The notes below the pieces were generated by a model that saw only the letters and a list, made by a program, of their open reading frames with translations, had not been told where the DNA came from and did not search any database. Below, in pieces: positions 1 through 12,681 of a stretch of 64,000 nt of DNA (position 1 is the stretch's first letter; each line of letters opens with the position of its first letter). The translations under genes and the position numbers were made by a program. The stretch is from Pristiophorus japonicus (taxonomy: Eukaryota): assembly GCF_044704955.1 (NCBI RefSeq), contig NC_091985.1:203980001-204044000 (forward strand). Reading direction: 5' to 3'.

Positions 1-54
1 GTGTCCGCGTTGGTCGAAAAAGAGCTACCCAGTCTAATCCCACCTCCCAGCACT

Positions 55-580
55 GTGTAAAACACTGGTTAGGCCACGGCTGGAGTCCTTACAGGAAAGA
101 TGTGATTACACTATAGAGGGTACAGAGTAGATTTATGAGGATGTTGTCTGGACTGGAGAATTTTGGCTATAAAGAAAGATTGGATAAGCTGCGGTGGTTT
201 TATTTGGAACACAGAAGGATGAGGGGAGACCTAACTGAGGTGTATAAAATTATGAGGGGCCTAGATAAAGTTGATATGAAGGACCTGTTTCCATCATCAG
301 AGGGGGCAACAACCAGGAGGCATAGATTTAAAGTAATTGGGGGAAGGTTTAAAGGAGATATGAGGGGAAATGTCTTCACCCAGAGGGTGGTGGTGGTCTG
401 GAACTCACTGCCTGAAAGGGTGATAGAGGTAGGAACCTTCACCACATTTAAAAAAATGCTTGGATGTGCACTTGAAGTGCTGTAACCTACAAGGCGACGG
501 ACCAAGGGCTGGATAGCTCTTGGTCAGCTGACGCGGACACGATGGGCTGAAAAGCTGTAAATTTCCATGATTCTATGAGT
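55..580 (+). mobile_element. CR1-type LINE 3' fragment (ORF2 C-terminus and 3' UTR)
   Basis: ORF 135-485 reads ...RRMRGDLTEVYKIM...FTQRVVVVWNSLP, the typical CR1 ORF2 C-terminus; ends in a (ATTCTATG)-like tail near 565-578. Confidence 0.85.
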
Positions 581-584
581 CTCA

Positions 585-1219
585 GGTTGATGAAGGTAGT
601 GCAGTAGATGTGTATATGGACTTTCAAAAGGTATTTGATAAAGTACCACATAAATGAGTTAATCGGAAAATAGAAGCACAGGGAATTAAAGGGATGCTGG
701 TAATTTGAGTATATAATTGGCTAATGCATAGGAGGCTGAAGATGTGTTTCTAAATGGAGGGAAGTATGGTGGGGTCCCCAGGGGTTCGTATTAGCACCAT
801 CGCTTTTCTTGTTATATATAAATGACCTGGACTTGGGTTTGGGTGTACAATTCAAAGTTTACAGATGAAACAAAACTTGGCAACATTGTAAATAGTGAGC
901 ATGATAGTAGCAGACGTCAGGAGGACACAGACAGAATGGTGAAATGGTCAGACACATGGCAGATGCAATAAAATGCGGATAAGTGTGAAGTGATGCACTT
1001 TTGGAGAAACAACATGGATAACAGTATAACCTAACTGCAATATTTTGAGGGGGTGCAAGGTAGAGGAACCTGAAGGTGCATATTCACAAATCATTGACAG
1101 TGCAACGGCAAGTTGGTAAGGCAGTTCAGAAAGCATATGAGATACTTGGCTTTACAAATAGGGCCATTGAGTACAAAAGCAAGGAAGTTACACTAAACCT
1201 TTACAAATCACTAGTTAGG
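585..1219 (+). mobile_element. Old CR1 RT fragment, probably continued at 5270-5815
   Basis: Degenerate RT motifs: GATGTGTATATGGACTTTCAAAAG (DVYMDFQK), AAGTTTACAGATGA, GCAGATGCAA...AAGTGTGAAGTGATGCACTTTT; many stops and frameshifts. Confidence 0.75.
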
Positions 1220-1390
1220 ATCATAGGACGGGAGTAGGTCATTCAGCCCCTCGAGCCTGTTCTGTCATTCAATGAGGTCAGGGCTGATCTGCGACCTAAT
1301 TCTACACACCCATCTTTGGTTCATATCCTATAATATCTTTGGTTTTCCAAAAAAAAGTTATCAATCTCAGATTTAACAATTGATCTAGCA
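1220..1390 (-). mobile_element. CR1 3'-end fragment, antisense
   Basis: CATAGGACGGGAGTAGGTCATTCAGCCCCTCGAGCCTG is the reverse complement of the CR1 3' UTR seen at 5190-5240. Confidence 0.7.
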
Positions 1391-4300
1391 TCACCTGGAT
1401 CCACTCTGGAGCATCCGCGATGCTGAGGATGCCGTGAATAGCACGTTGAGTGAGTTGGTCTTACCGCAGGTAAAGGTGACACAAACAGATAAGGAATGGG
1501 AGACCAACAGGAAGAGCAGTGGAAGGAAGGTAGTGCCAGGGTCCCCTGCGGTCATCCCCCTCCAAAACAGATACACTGTTTTGGGTACTGCTGGGGCGGA
1601 TGACTCATCAGGGGAGGCCAGCACCAGCCAAGTCAATGGCATTGTGGGTGGCTCTGCTGCACAGGAGGGCAGGAAAAAGAGTAGGAGAGCTATAGTAGTA
1701 GGGGATTCTATTGTAAGGGGAATAGATAGACATTTCTGCGGCCGCAATCGGGACTCCAGGATGTATGTTGCCTCCCTGGTGCAAGGGTCAAGAATGTCTC
1801 GGAGCAGGTGCAAGGCATTCTGAAAAGGGAGGGTGAACAGTCAGTTGTCGTGGTGCATATACTAACGTGGTACTAACGATACAGGTAAAAAGCAGGATGA
1901 GGTCCTACAAGGTGAATTTAAGGAGCTAGGAGTCAAATTAAAAAGTAGAACCTCAAAGGTAGCAATCTCAGGATTGCTACCAGTGTCACGTGTTAGTCAG
2001 TGTAGGAATCGCAGGATAGCTAAGATGAATATGTGGCTTGAAGAGTGGTGCAGAAGGGAGGAATTCAAATTCCTGGGACATTGGCACCGTTCTGGGGGAG
2101 GTGGAACCAGTACAAACAGGATGGTCTGCACCTGTGCAAGACCGAAACCAATGTCCTTGGGGGACTGTTTGCTAGTGCTGTTGGGGTGGGTTAAACTAAT
2201 ATGGCAGGGAATGGGAACCTATGCAGGGAGACATAGGGAAGTAGAATGGGGGCAGAAGCAAAAGATAGAAAGAAGAAAAGTAAAAGTGGAGGGCAGAGAA
2301 ACCCAAGGCAAAAATCAAAAAGGGCCACATTACAGCAAACTTCTAAAGGGGCAAAATGTGTTAAAAAGACAAGCCTGAAGGATCTGTGCCTCAATGCGAG
2401 GAGTATTTGTAATAAGGAGGACGAATTAACTGCACAGGCAGCAATTAATGAATATGGTATAATTGGCATCACGGACACATGGCTCCAGGGTGATCATGGC
2501 TGGGAACTCAACATCCAGGGGTATTCAACATTTAGGAAGGATAGACGGAAAGGAAAATGAGGTGGGATAACTTTGCTGCTTAAAGAGGAAATTAACGCAA
2601 TAGTAAGGGAGGACATTAGCTTGGATGATGTAGTATTTCTATGGGTGGAGCTGCGGAATAGCAAAGGGCAGAAAACGCGAGTGGGAGTTGTGTACAGACC
2701 ACCAAACAGTAGTAGTGAGGTTGGGGACAGCATCAAACAAGAAATTAGGGATGCGTGCAAAAAGGTACAGCAGTTATCATGGGCGACTTTAATCTACATA
2801 TAGATTGGGCAAACTAAACTGGTAGCAATACGGTGGAGAAGAATTTCCTGTAGTGTATTAGGGATGGTTTTCCAAACCAATATGTCGAGGAACCAACTAG
2901 AGGGCTGGCCATCCTAGACTGGGTGATGTGTAATGATAAAGGACTAATTAGCAATCTTGTTGTGCGAGGCCCCATGGGAAAGAGTGACCATAATATGGTA
3001 GAATTCTTTATTAAGATGAGAGGGACACAGTTAATTCAGAGACTAAGGTCCTGAACTTAAGGAAAGGTAACTTCGACGGTATGAGACGTGAATTGGCTAG
3101 AATAGACTGGTGAATTATACTTAAGGGGTTGACGGTGGATAGGCAATGGCAAACATTTAAAGATCACATGGATGAACTTCAACAATTGTACATCCCTGTC
3201 TGGAGTAAAAATAAAATGGGGAAGGTGGCTCAACCGTGGCTAACAAGGGAAAGTAAGTATAGTGTTAAATCCAAGGAAGAGACATATGAATTGGCCAGAA
3301 AAAGCAGAAAACCTGAGGACTGGGAGAATTTTATAATTCAGCAGAGGAGGACAAAGGGTTTAATTAGAAGGGGGAAAATAGTTGAGAGGAAGATTGCTGC
3401 GAACATAAAATCTGACTGCAAAAGCTTCTATAGATATGTGAAGAGAAAAAGATTAGTGAAAACAAATGTAGGTCCCTTGCAGTCAGAATCAGGTGGAACG
3501 AAGAAATGGCAGACCAATTGAACAAATACTTTGGTTCTGTCTTCACTAAAGAAGACACAAATAACCTTCCAGGAATACTCGGGGACCGAAGGTCTGGTGA
3601 GAAGGAGGAACTGAAGGAAATCCATATTAGTCTGGAAATTGTGTTAGGGAAATTGTTGGGATTGAAGGCCGATAAATCTCCAGGGCCTGATAGTCTGCAT
3701 CCCAGAGTACTTAAGGAAGTGGCTCTAGAAATAGTGGATGCATTGGTGATCATTTTCCAACAGTCTATCGACTCTGGATCAGTTCCTATGGACTGGAGGG
3801 TAGCTAATGTAACACCACTTTTTTTAAAAAGGAGGGAGAATGAAAACGGGGAATTATAGACTGGTTTGTCTGACATCAGTAGTGGGGAAACTGTTGGAAT
3901 CAATTATTAAAGATGAAATAGCAGCGCATTTGGAAAGCAGTGACAGGATGGGTCCAAGTCAGCATGGATTTATGAAAGGGAAATCATGCTTGACATATCT
4001 TCTAGAATTCTTTGAGGATGTAACTAGTAGACTGGACAATGGAGAACCAGTGGATGTGGTGTATTTGGACTTTCAAAAGGCTTTTGACAAGGTCCCACAC
4101 AAGAGATTGGTGTGCAAAATTAAAGCACATGGTGTTGGGGTAATGTATTGACGTGGATAGAGAACTGGTTGGCAGACAGGAAGTAGAGTCGGGATAAACA
4201 GGTCCTTTTCAGAATGGCAGGCAGTGATTAGTGGGGTACCGCAAGGCTCAGTACTGGGACCCCAGCTATTTACAGTATACATCAATGATTTAGATGAAGG

Positions 4301-5242
4301 AATTGAGTGTAATATCTCCAAGTTTGCAGATGACACTAAGCTGGGTGGCTGTGTGAGATGTGAGGAGGATGCTAAGAGGCTGCAGGGTGATGTGGACAGG
4401 TTAGGCGAGTGAGCAAATGCAGTATAATGTGGATAAATGTGAGGTTATCCACTTTGGTGGCAAAAACATAAAGGCAAAATATTATCTGAATGGCGGCAGA
4501 TTAAGAAAAGGGGAGGTGCAACAAGACCTGGGTGTCATGGTACATCAGTCATTGAAAGTTGGCATGCAGGTACAGCAGGCGGTGAAGAAGGCAAATACAA
4601 TGTTGACCTTCATAGTTAGGGGATTTGAGTATATGAGCAGGGAGGTCTTACTGTAGTTGTACAGGGCCTTGGTGAGTGAGGCCTCACCTGGAATATTGTT
4701 TTCAGTTTTGGTCTCCTAATCTGAGGAAGGACGTTCTTGCTATTGAGGGAGTACAGCGAAGGTTCACCAGACTGATTCCTGGGATGGCAGGACTGACCTA
4801 TGAGGAGAGACTGGATCGATTGGGCCTGTATTCACTGGAGTTTCGAAGAATGAGAGTGGATCTCATAGAAACATATAAAATTCTGACGGGACTGGACAGG
4901 TTAGATGCAGGAAGAATGTTCCCGATGTTGGAGAAGTTCAGAACCTGGGATCACAGTCTAAGGATAAGGAGTAAGCCATTTAGGACCGAGATGAGGAGAA
5001 ACTTCTTCACTCAGAGAATTGTGAACCTGTGGAATTCTCTACCACAGAGAGTTGTTGAGGCCAGTTCGTTAGATATATTCAAGAGGGACTTAGATGTGGC
5101 CCTTACGGCTAAAGGGATCAAGGGGTATGGAGAGAAAGCAGGAAAGGGGTACTGAGGTGAATGATCAGCTATGATCTTATTGAATGATGGTGCAGGCTCG
5201 AAGGGCCAAATGGCCTACTCCTGCACCTATTTTCTATGTTTC
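1391..5242 (+). mobile_element. Near full-length decayed CR1 LINE (partial ORF1 with SGNH/GDSL esterase; APE-RT ORF2)
   Basis: ORF1 VVGDSIVRG motif (1434-1823); APE CLNARSI / GITDTWL / VYRPP; [31 protein letters not shown]; 3' tail CCTATTTTCTATGTTTC; broken into many ORFs. Confidence 0.93.
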
Positions 5243-5269
5243 CAATCAGAGCTCTGTATGGCTGCACGG

Positions 5270-5815
5270 TTTTAGCCTCAGCTGGAGACTTGTGTACAGT
5301 TCTTGGCACCACACTTTCGGAAGGATGACAAGGCCTTGGAGAGGGTACAGAGGAGCTTTACCACGATGTTACCAGGGATGGCGGACTTCAGTTATGTGGA
5401 GAGTAGAGAAGCTGGGATTGTTCCCCTTCGAGCAGAGAAGATTAAGGTGAGACCTAATAGAGGTATTCAAAGTTAGGAGGGGTTATGATAGAGCAAGTAG
5501 GGAGAAACTGTTTCCTCTGGCAAAATGGTCAGTAACCAAAGGGCACAGATTTAAAATAATTGCCACAAGAACTAGCGGGGAAATATTTTCACACAGAGGG
5601 ATGTTAAGGTCTGGAATGCACCATCTGAAAGGATGGTGGAATCAGGTTCTATAGGAACTTTCAAACAGCAATTGGGCATGTACTTGAAGGGGACAAGATT
5701 GTAGGGTTATGGGGATAAAGCTGGGGTAGGGGACTAAATTGGACAGCTCTTTCAAAATGGCAGCACAGACATGAAGGGCCGAAGCTCCTCCTTCTGTGCT
5801 GTAGGATTCTATGAT
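5270..5815 (+). mobile_element. Old CR1 3' fragment
   Basis: CCTCAGCTGGAG...GTACAGTTC...GGAGAGGGTACAGAGG of the ORF2 end, then 3' UTR GAAGGGCCGAAGCTCCTCCTTCTGTGCTGTAGGATTCTATGA. Confidence 0.75.
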
Positions 5816-6340
5816 CAGTGTGAACACGCCGGTGTCTCTTAAGGCTCTTGGAGCTTTTAAAGCACTGCCCACAGTCAGAACATTTAAAGGGTCTCTCGTC
5901 AGTGTGAACAGGCTGATGTGACAGGAGGGTGGATGACTAAGTGAATCCCTTCCCATATACGGAGCAGGTGAACAGCCTCTCACCAGTGTGAATGAGCTCG
6001 CGTCTCTTCAGCTCCCCGGAGCTTTTAAAGCTTTCCCACAGTCAGAACATTTAAAGGGTCTCTCATCAGTGTGAACAAGTTGGTGTCTTCAGCATGTATG
6101 ACTCAGTGAATCCTTTCCCACATTCGGAGCAGGTGAACGGCCTCTCCCCAGTGTCCTTTCAATGAACTCGCTAGTGTCCCTTCAACTTCCTGGGTCTTTT
6201 AAAGCTCTTCCCACAGTCGGAACATTTGAATGGCCTCATCAGTGTGAACTCGCTGGTGTCCCTTCAGCTACCTGGGTGTTTTAAAGCTCTTCCCAAAGTC
6301 AGAACATTTAAATGGTTTCTGAACAGTGTGAACAAGCTGC
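5816..6340 (-). pseudogene. Degenerate C2H2 zinc-finger array remnant
   Basis: The reverse strand has repeated CACACTG(G/A).GAGA..CC.TT.A..TG linkers (HTGERPF / HTDERPFKC) like those at 7101-8339, with stops and frameshifts. Confidence 0.75.
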
Positions 6341-7100
6341 TGGTTCTTCTCCTGGACCTTCCCTTGGACCTGGCTAAAACAGCAATTTGTAGGTCCAGGA
6401 TGGCCAGGGGACCAATGGTGGGTGGTTGCTCTGGCTGCCTGCCTATCTTCCGCGGTCTTGTCTGAGTGGCCCTGGAGAATGCAGTGTCCATTGGTACACT
6501 TCATATGTTCCACCTCAGCATACAGAGTGTGTCATAGACACTGGTAACAACATCCTGGTTTAGTTGGGAAGGTTCCCTTTGCTATTGTTGTGACTTTGTT
6601 GCTTATTTTTTCTGCTATTTGTTTGATTGGACCACATGTTTTGGGGAACAAAAGAGGAAAGAATGTTCCATAAATATTAGAATTGTCTGTTCTAACTTTC
6701 TATCCTGTACTTAGTGATGACTTTTGTAAACTCCTTTTACAGGGTATTAGAAGGGGAGAATTTACAGACGGGAAACTTAAACCAAACATCACATCAAGAT
6801 GTGACAGTCACTCGATTCATTGCAACCTGAATATCATCGGACCGTGAAAGTGGAAGGAGAAATGTTTGTTCTGTTTGTGGAAAAAGATTTCAAACATTAG
6901 TGTGACTGGAAAAGCACCAAGACACACACACCCGAGTGAGAGTGTTCCAGTACACTGACTGTGGAAAGAGCTTTAACCAGTTACACAGCCTGAAAAAACA
7001 TCGCACCATTCACAGCGGGGAGAAACTGTATACGTGTTCTGTGTGTGGACGAGGCTTCAACTGATCGTCCAACCTGGAGAGACACAAGGACACCCGCACC

Positions 7101-8339
7101 ATGGAGAAACCGTGGGAATGTGGGGACTGTGGGAAGGGATTCACTCAGTCATCCATTTTGCTGAATCACCAGCGAGTTCACACTGGGGAGAGGCCATTCA
7201 CGTGCTCCGTGTGTGGGAAGGGATTCACTCAGTCATACCACCTGGTGAGACACCAGCAGATTCACACTGATGAGAGACCGTTCAGTTGCTCTCACTGTGG
7301 AATGAGATTCAGGCAGTCATCCACGCTCACGGAACACCAGCGAATTCACACCGGGGAGAGGCCGTTCACCTGCTCCGTGTGTGGGAAGGGATTCACTTTC
7401 TCATCCCGCCTGGTGAGACACCAGCGAGTTCACACTGGGGAGAGGCCGTTCACCTGCTCAGTGTGTGGGAAGGGATTCACTGTGTCATCCCACCTCACAG
7501 TGCACAAGCGAATCCACATTGGGGAGCGGCCATTCACCTGCTCCGTGTGTGGGAAGGGATTCACTCAGTTATCCCACCTCACGTCTCACCAACTTATTCA
7601 CACCAATAAGAGACCTTTTAAATGTTCTGGCTGTGAGAAGAGCTTTAAAAGCACAAGGGATCTGCTGAATCATCAACGCACTCACACTGGAGAGAGGCCG
7701 TTCACCTGCTCAGTGTGTGGTGAACGATTCACTCGGTTATCCAACCTGCTGACACACCAGCGAGTTCACACTGGGGAGAGGCTGTTCACCTGCTCAGAGT
7801 GTGGGAAGGGATTCACTCACTCATCCAACCTGCTGACACACCAGCGATTTCACACTGATGAGAGACCTTTTAAATGTTCTGACTGTGAGAAGAGCTTTAA
7901 AAGCACAAATGAGCTGATGAATCACCAACGCACTCACACTAGGGAGAGACCGTTCACCTGCTCCGTATGTGGGAAGAGATTCAGTCGTTCATCCATCCTG
8001 CTGACACACCAGCGAGTTCACACTGGGGAGAGACCTTTTAAATGTTCTGACTGTGAGAAGAGTTTTAAAATAAAAAATGATCTGCTGACACACCAACATA
8101 CTCACACTGGGGAGTGGCCGTTCACTTGCTCTGTGTGTGGGAAAGGATTCACTCAGTCATCCCAACTGCTGAGGCACACACGAGTTCACACTGGGGAGAG
8201 ACCATTCATCTGCCCTGATTGTGGGAAGGGATTCACTACCTCATCCAACCTGCTGAGACACCAACAAGTTCACACTGGGAGAGGCTGTTCACCTGCTGTG
8301 TGTGTGGGAAAGGATTCAATCAGTCATCTAACCTTCTGA
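7101..8339 (+). CDS. C2H2 (Kruppel-type) zinc-finger protein with 14 intact fingers
   Basis: 412-aa ORF of 14 tandem CxxC..HxxxH fingers with TGERPF linkers; ACCATGG Kozak; likely splice acceptor CTTTTACAG at 6734-6742; degenerate fingers upstream (6860-7090) and a frameshifted 15th finger at the end. Confidence 0.9.
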   Translation: MEKPWECGDCGKGFTQSSILLNHQRVHTGERPFTCSVCGKGFTQSYHLVRHQQIHTDERPFSCSHCGMRFRQSSTLTEHQRIHTGERPFTCSVCGKGFTFSSRLVRHQRVHTGERPFTCSVCGKGFTVSSHLTVHKRIHIGERPFTCSVCGKGFTQLSHLTSHQLIHTNKRPFKCSGCEKSFKSTRDLLNHQRTHTGERPFTCSVCGERFTRLSNLLTHQRVHTGERLFTCSECGKGFTHSSNLLTHQRFHTDERPFKCSDCEKSFKSTNELMNHQRTHTRERPFTCSVCGKRFSRSSILLTHQRVHTGERPFKCSDCEKSFKIKNDLLTHQHTHTGEWPFTCSVCGKGFTQSSQLLRHTRVHTGERPFICPDCGKGFTTSSNLLRHQQVHTGRGCSPAVCVGKDSISHLTF

Positions 8340-9009
8340 CACTCCAGTGAGTTCACACTGGGGAGAGGCCGCTCTCCTGCCCCAACAATCACATCCAGGA
8401 CTGAACCATGTTCATTCTGACAGTTGGGGTTTGTTTCTGCTGATAACCCCAATAACTGGGCTGGATTTTGTTTCAAACACAATGTGTCATGTCCTTGACA
8501 TCTCCAAGGTAAGAGGAGACTAATTGGTGTCCTGTTACAGACTGTTCCATTTTTGGATCTTTTCTCCTTTTTAACTCTAGATCATTTCAGTTCTCATATC
8601 TTTCATTTCTCTCATGGACAAGTCCCAGATCTCCATACCTTTTAGAGTGCCTCTCCTAGCCTTGGTATCCAGGGATGGTATCGGTAACACGCCTGGGGTC
8701 ACTAAACACAAAACCCAGTCTGTTAATCACTTCCAGCTACTGGACTTAGCGTGTGCCCCACAGCATCTCTCTCACTTTCGATGTGTGGATAGAGAATCAT
8801 GCCTGCAAACCTAGTTTTCAATTTAAATCCACTCAGCAAATGTACTCAACAAAAGTAAACACATCACGGCCCAATAATCCAGCTCTATATTTGCAGGTGA
8901 AAGTCTGTTATCTAACTCCTTGAGTGGACAAAATAAATAACGATCCCAAATGGAAGAACCCCTTGAATTCTTTGTCAATAGTTTTCCAATCCTGACTGGT
9001 TTCTTCCTT

Positions 9010-9126
9010 ACTTTTTAAAAAATTCCTGGTATGTGGGCAGCACTGGCAAGGCCATCATTTATTGCCCATACCTAACTGTCCTTGAGAAGGTGATGGTGAG
9101 CCACTTTCTTGAACGGTTGCAGTCCA
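9010..9126 (-). mobile_element. LINE/SINE 3'-tail fragment, antisense
   Basis: GCACTGGCAAGGCCATCATTTATTGCCCATACCTAACTGTCCTTGAGAAGGTG resembles a reverse-complemented LINE/SINE 3' tail; recognised from memory, not from a database search. Confidence 0.45.
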
Positions 9127-9149
9127 GAAAAGCAGTATATAGCCGAGAC

Positions 9150-9400
9150 AGGGAGGATTTACAGACGGGAAGCTTAAACCAAACATCCCATCAACATCTA
9201 ACAGTCAATGTATTCATTGGAACCTGTATTTCATCAGCCATTGGATATTGAACCTGGAGAAACATGAGGACACCGCCACCATGGAGAAACCATGGAAATG
9301 GGAGTGTGGGAATGAGTTCAGTTCCTCATCCCAGCTGGAAACTCATCGATACTGGGAGAGGCTGATTATCTGCTCCCTGTCTGGCAGGATTCAGTCGGTC
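9150..9400 (+). pseudogene. Remnant paralog of the zinc-finger exon
   Basis: GGATTTACAGACGGGAAGCTTAAACCAAACATC matches 6757-6790, and AACCTGGAGAAACATGAGGACACC...ATGGAGAAACCATGG matches 7071-7115; the fingers are deleted or frameshifted. Confidence 0.8.
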
Positions 9401-10599
9401 ATTAAATCCCATCTGAAAACTGAGTTCCCACAACATTCTAAAAGATGAATCTACAAGATGACAGGACAGAAAATTCTATTATATGACAGGGTCCACTTCA
9501 ACCATCCAGGGCAGTGAGTCCCTGTAATATTGGATTTTAACCTGTGGGAAATATTCTGATGTGTTATTGTCACGGGGCAAAGCAGCATTGTTACTTTAAC
9601 ATCAATTTAGTCAAACTCAATGGGCAATCCGATCTCCAAATGGAAATGTCTCCTTAAAGCTGATAGTGTGGCCAGTTCTGCAGCTCATTTCTCTCTGTGA
9701 GTGAGTCAGAATAAGAAGCTTTAATAACAGCCGATGTTTTACAAAGAGAGACTGGACCAAAGGACATTGGTGGAATTTAATGGGCTACAGGAGGCTATTT
9801 TTAACAGAAGGAAAGCTGGTCACAGCACACAGACAGTTTAACAGACTCCATGGTCCACTCTAACTCCCACCTTCTCTCTCACTATGAACATAGCTGCAGT
9901 AATTGCTCCTCTGACCTTTCCTCTCTTGTTCCTCCTACACCCCTAAAACATGGCCCTACACAATCTCCCTCCCTCCACATCCTCACTGTGCTGGAATCCA
10001 CACCAGTCTCCAAATCTGCTCCTTGTTCTCTCCCTGGATCCTGAAACTACTGAACTCGGTCTGTCCCTCCTGAAGTTTACAGACTCTAAACCTGAAGCTT
10101 GGTGTCCCTCACTCCCTAGTACTTGACTTACCTCCCCTTCTCTCCTTTTTCCCCCTTGGTCGTGTTCCACACTCTGGGCCTTGGGCCTTCCCTGGGGATT
10201 CTCAGTATGAACAGGGGGAATGTGTGTTGAGACAGGATGTCCCAGCTCTCCACCTTTAAAGGGACAAGGACAGGACCCACTGGGCTGAATGGCCCTGCTT
10301 TATGACATCACTGTAGTGCCCAGCAACCAACCTCCCTGAGCCCTGCGCATTATGGACTGGTTTTAGCTCAGTGCTGTGACAGGAAGGGAAACAGCAGGAT
10401 TCAACCCGTGTGGAGCCCAGGATTAATGGGGAGAGGTACAGGATCAATTTATACCTTATTGAGTAAGAAATGTCATTGTCCCGAACACTCTCTGTCCCTC
10501 AGTATCTCTGTTGTGGAGCAGCTGTTGGGTTTATGTTACCCTCTTTCGGTGAATTTTTGTGCTCATCGAGGTGATGGATCTCAGTAAAGTTCCCTCGAC

Positions 10600-10803
10600 A
10601 CTGCCCTGGGAGTATTTGATGGGACATTGTAGAGGGAGCTTTACTCTGTATCTAACACATGTTGTACCTGCCCTGGGAGTGTTTGATGGGACAGTGTAGA
10701 GGGCGCTTTAATCTGGATCGAACCCCGTGCTGTACCTGCATTGGGAGTGTTTGATGGGACAATGTAGAGGGAGCTTTACTCTACGTCTAATCCGTGCTGA
10801 ACC
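10600..10803. repeat. ~68-bp tandem repeat, 3 copies
   Basis: Unit CTGCCCTGGGAGTGTTTGATGGGACAGTGTAGAGGGAGCTTTACTCTGTATCTAAC...GCTGTAC. Confidence 0.85.
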
Positions 10804-10811
10804 TGAAATAA

Positions 10812-10870
10812 TAACTTTTATTTATATAGCGCCTTTAACGTAGTAAAACATCCCAAGGTGCTTCACAACA
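10812..10870 (-). mobile_element. L2-type LINE/SINE 3' tail fragment
   Basis: The reverse complement reads TGTGAAGCACCTTGGGATGTTTTACTACGTTAAAGGCGCTATATAAATAAAAG, typical of L2-derived tails; a related piece lies at ~13862-13905. Confidence 0.55.
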
Positions 10871-11740
10871 ATTTTACAGCATGTTGGATATTGACCATTG
10901 AGGGAAAGAGAGAAAAAGCATGAGAAGGAAGTATAAAAAGAGGTAAATGGCTCGGGTCCAAAGCGCCACAGACATGTTCACCAGTTACTGTTATATGTCC
11001 CTCATTTTCGGAGGAGAGAGAGAGAGACAGAGAGGGTGGAGGGGCGGTGAACTCATAATTTCTATTTTCACGTTAATCAAACATATTTCTGCGTGCGAAC
11101 AATGTAATAACTTAACAGCATATATGGGTTAAGCCACCCCTGCTGTGATTGGCTCCTGCCCCTGAATCTGGGGAACAGACACTGAGAAGCGCCGGCCTCG
11201 GAGTGTTTAACACTTACTGAGCTGGGAAACTACAACTAACCCCGAGAATCGGCAGCACAGGCTGAGCGGAGAGGTAACCCTGTGCTGGGAGCTGTAAATC
11301 TGGGACAGTTTGTGCTGTGAATGTGCAGATGTGAACATTGTGTGAGCGAGAGTGTGTTAAAGGGGCGGGCCGGTGAGATTAATGTCACTGTGTTTGTGTG
11401 TCCGTCTCATCGCCGGATTCCAGAGTCCCTCTTGTGTAAAATTCAAAGATTTTCCTGTCACAGGATCGCCCTGCTGCCCTGCTCAGGTCTAAAGTGGGAA
11501 TTAAACGTTAAGTTTGATGTGATTTCAAATTTCAATCGAAAAACGAAGAAAATGTCCGCGATCGGGTGAGAGAGCGCGATCAGTGCAGCAATGAAACGGG
11601 TTTAAATCCAAATTGTTGCCTTCAATTCGGAGGAAGCTTTCTCGACAACAAACATCCCGGTCTTCGGGACAGAAAGAGGCGAGTCTGGGAATCTGGAGGG
11701 CCCGGGTTGAATTGGAATCGGACAGTTAATGAGGAGAGAG

Positions 11741-11815
11741 AAACACAGAGAGGCTGGAGGGGCGGTGAGCTGACAACAGGATGGCTCCGCCCCGTCCGCT
11801 CGCTGCCTTTAAGTT
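11741..11815 (+). promoter_or_regulatory. H1 promoter (AC box, GC boxes, TATA-like element)
   Basis: AAACACA at 11741-11747 (H1 AC box), then GGGGCGG and CCGCCC, then TTTAA ~80 nt upstream of the ATG. Confidence 0.7.
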
Positions 11816-11889
11816 GCTCTGTGCCGCAGCCTCCCGTTTCATTTCTGACCGAGCTCTGACTGTCAGAGAGATTTTCCAGAGTCGCGGAC

Positions 11890-12603
11890 ATGACTGACAC
11901 TGCAGCCGCCGAAACAGCTCCTCCTGCAGCCGCCGCTCAAACTAAGGCTCCCAGCAAGAAGAAGAAGGCAGCTCCCCGCTCCAAGCCAGCCGGTCCCACG
12001 TTGGGCGAACAGATCCTCAAGGTTGTGGCCGATGGCAGCGATCGCAAGGGGATGTCCCTGGCCGCGATAAAGAAGGCTCTGGCGGCCAAAGGCGTGGATG
12101 TGGAGAAGCGCGGGTCCCAGATCAGGTTCAGTATCAAGAGGAATGTGACAAATGGCTTCCTGGTGCAGACGAAGGGCACGGGCGCCTCGGGCTCCTTCAA
12201 AGTCGCTAAGAAGGAAAACCAGGGGAAAGTGGGAAGGAAGGTGAAGAAACCAGCAGCCAAGAAATCTCCAGCCAAGAAACCAGCAGCCAAGAAACCAGCA
12301 GCCAAGAAATCTCCGACCAAGAAACCAGCAGCCAAGAAATCTCCGACCAAGAAACCAGCAGCCAAGAAATCTCCGGCCAAGAAACCAGCAGCCAAGAAAT
12401 CTCCGGCCAAGAAAACGAACACCAAGAAGGCGCCAACAGTAAAAAAGACAGCGAAAGCTGCGGCTGGGAAGAAGGCGGCAGCGGCGAAGCCCAAGAGCCC
12501 CAAGAAGACCTCGGGCGCAAAGGTGAAGGTGGCCAAAAAGGTGGAAAAACCGAGGGCCAAGGCCAAATCAGCAAAACCCAAGAAAGCAGCGCTCAAAAAG
12601 TAA
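11890..12603 (+). CDS. H1: Histone H1 (replication-dependent), 237 aa
   Basis: Globular domain ...SLAAIKKAL...[14 protein letters not shown]; Lys/Ala/Pro-rich C-terminal tail; downstream stem-loop. Confidence 0.96.
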   Translation: MTDTAAAETAPPAAAAQTKAPSKKKKAAPRSKPAGPTLGEQILKVVADGSDRKGMSLAAIKKALAAKGVDVEKRGSQIRFSIKRNVTNGFLVQTKGTGASGSFKVAKKENQGKVGRKVKKPAAKKSPAKKPAAKKPAAKKSPTKKPAAKKSPTKKPAAKKSPAKKPAAKKSPAKKTNTKKAPTVKKTAKAAAGKKAAAAKPKSPKKTSGAKVKVAKKVEKPRAKAKSAKPKKAALKK

Positions 12604-12638
12604 ATAAAAAGTTCAACTTGTAAACATCTGAACCGAAA

Positions 12639-12681
12639 GGCTCTTCTCAGAGCCACCGACGCCTCTCAGAAAAGAGTTGAT
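12639..12681 (+). terminator. H1 3' stem-loop and histone downstream element (HDE)
   Basis: GGCTCT-TCTC-AGAGCC at 12639-12654, followed by purine-rich AGAAAAGAGTTG. Confidence 0.92.
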
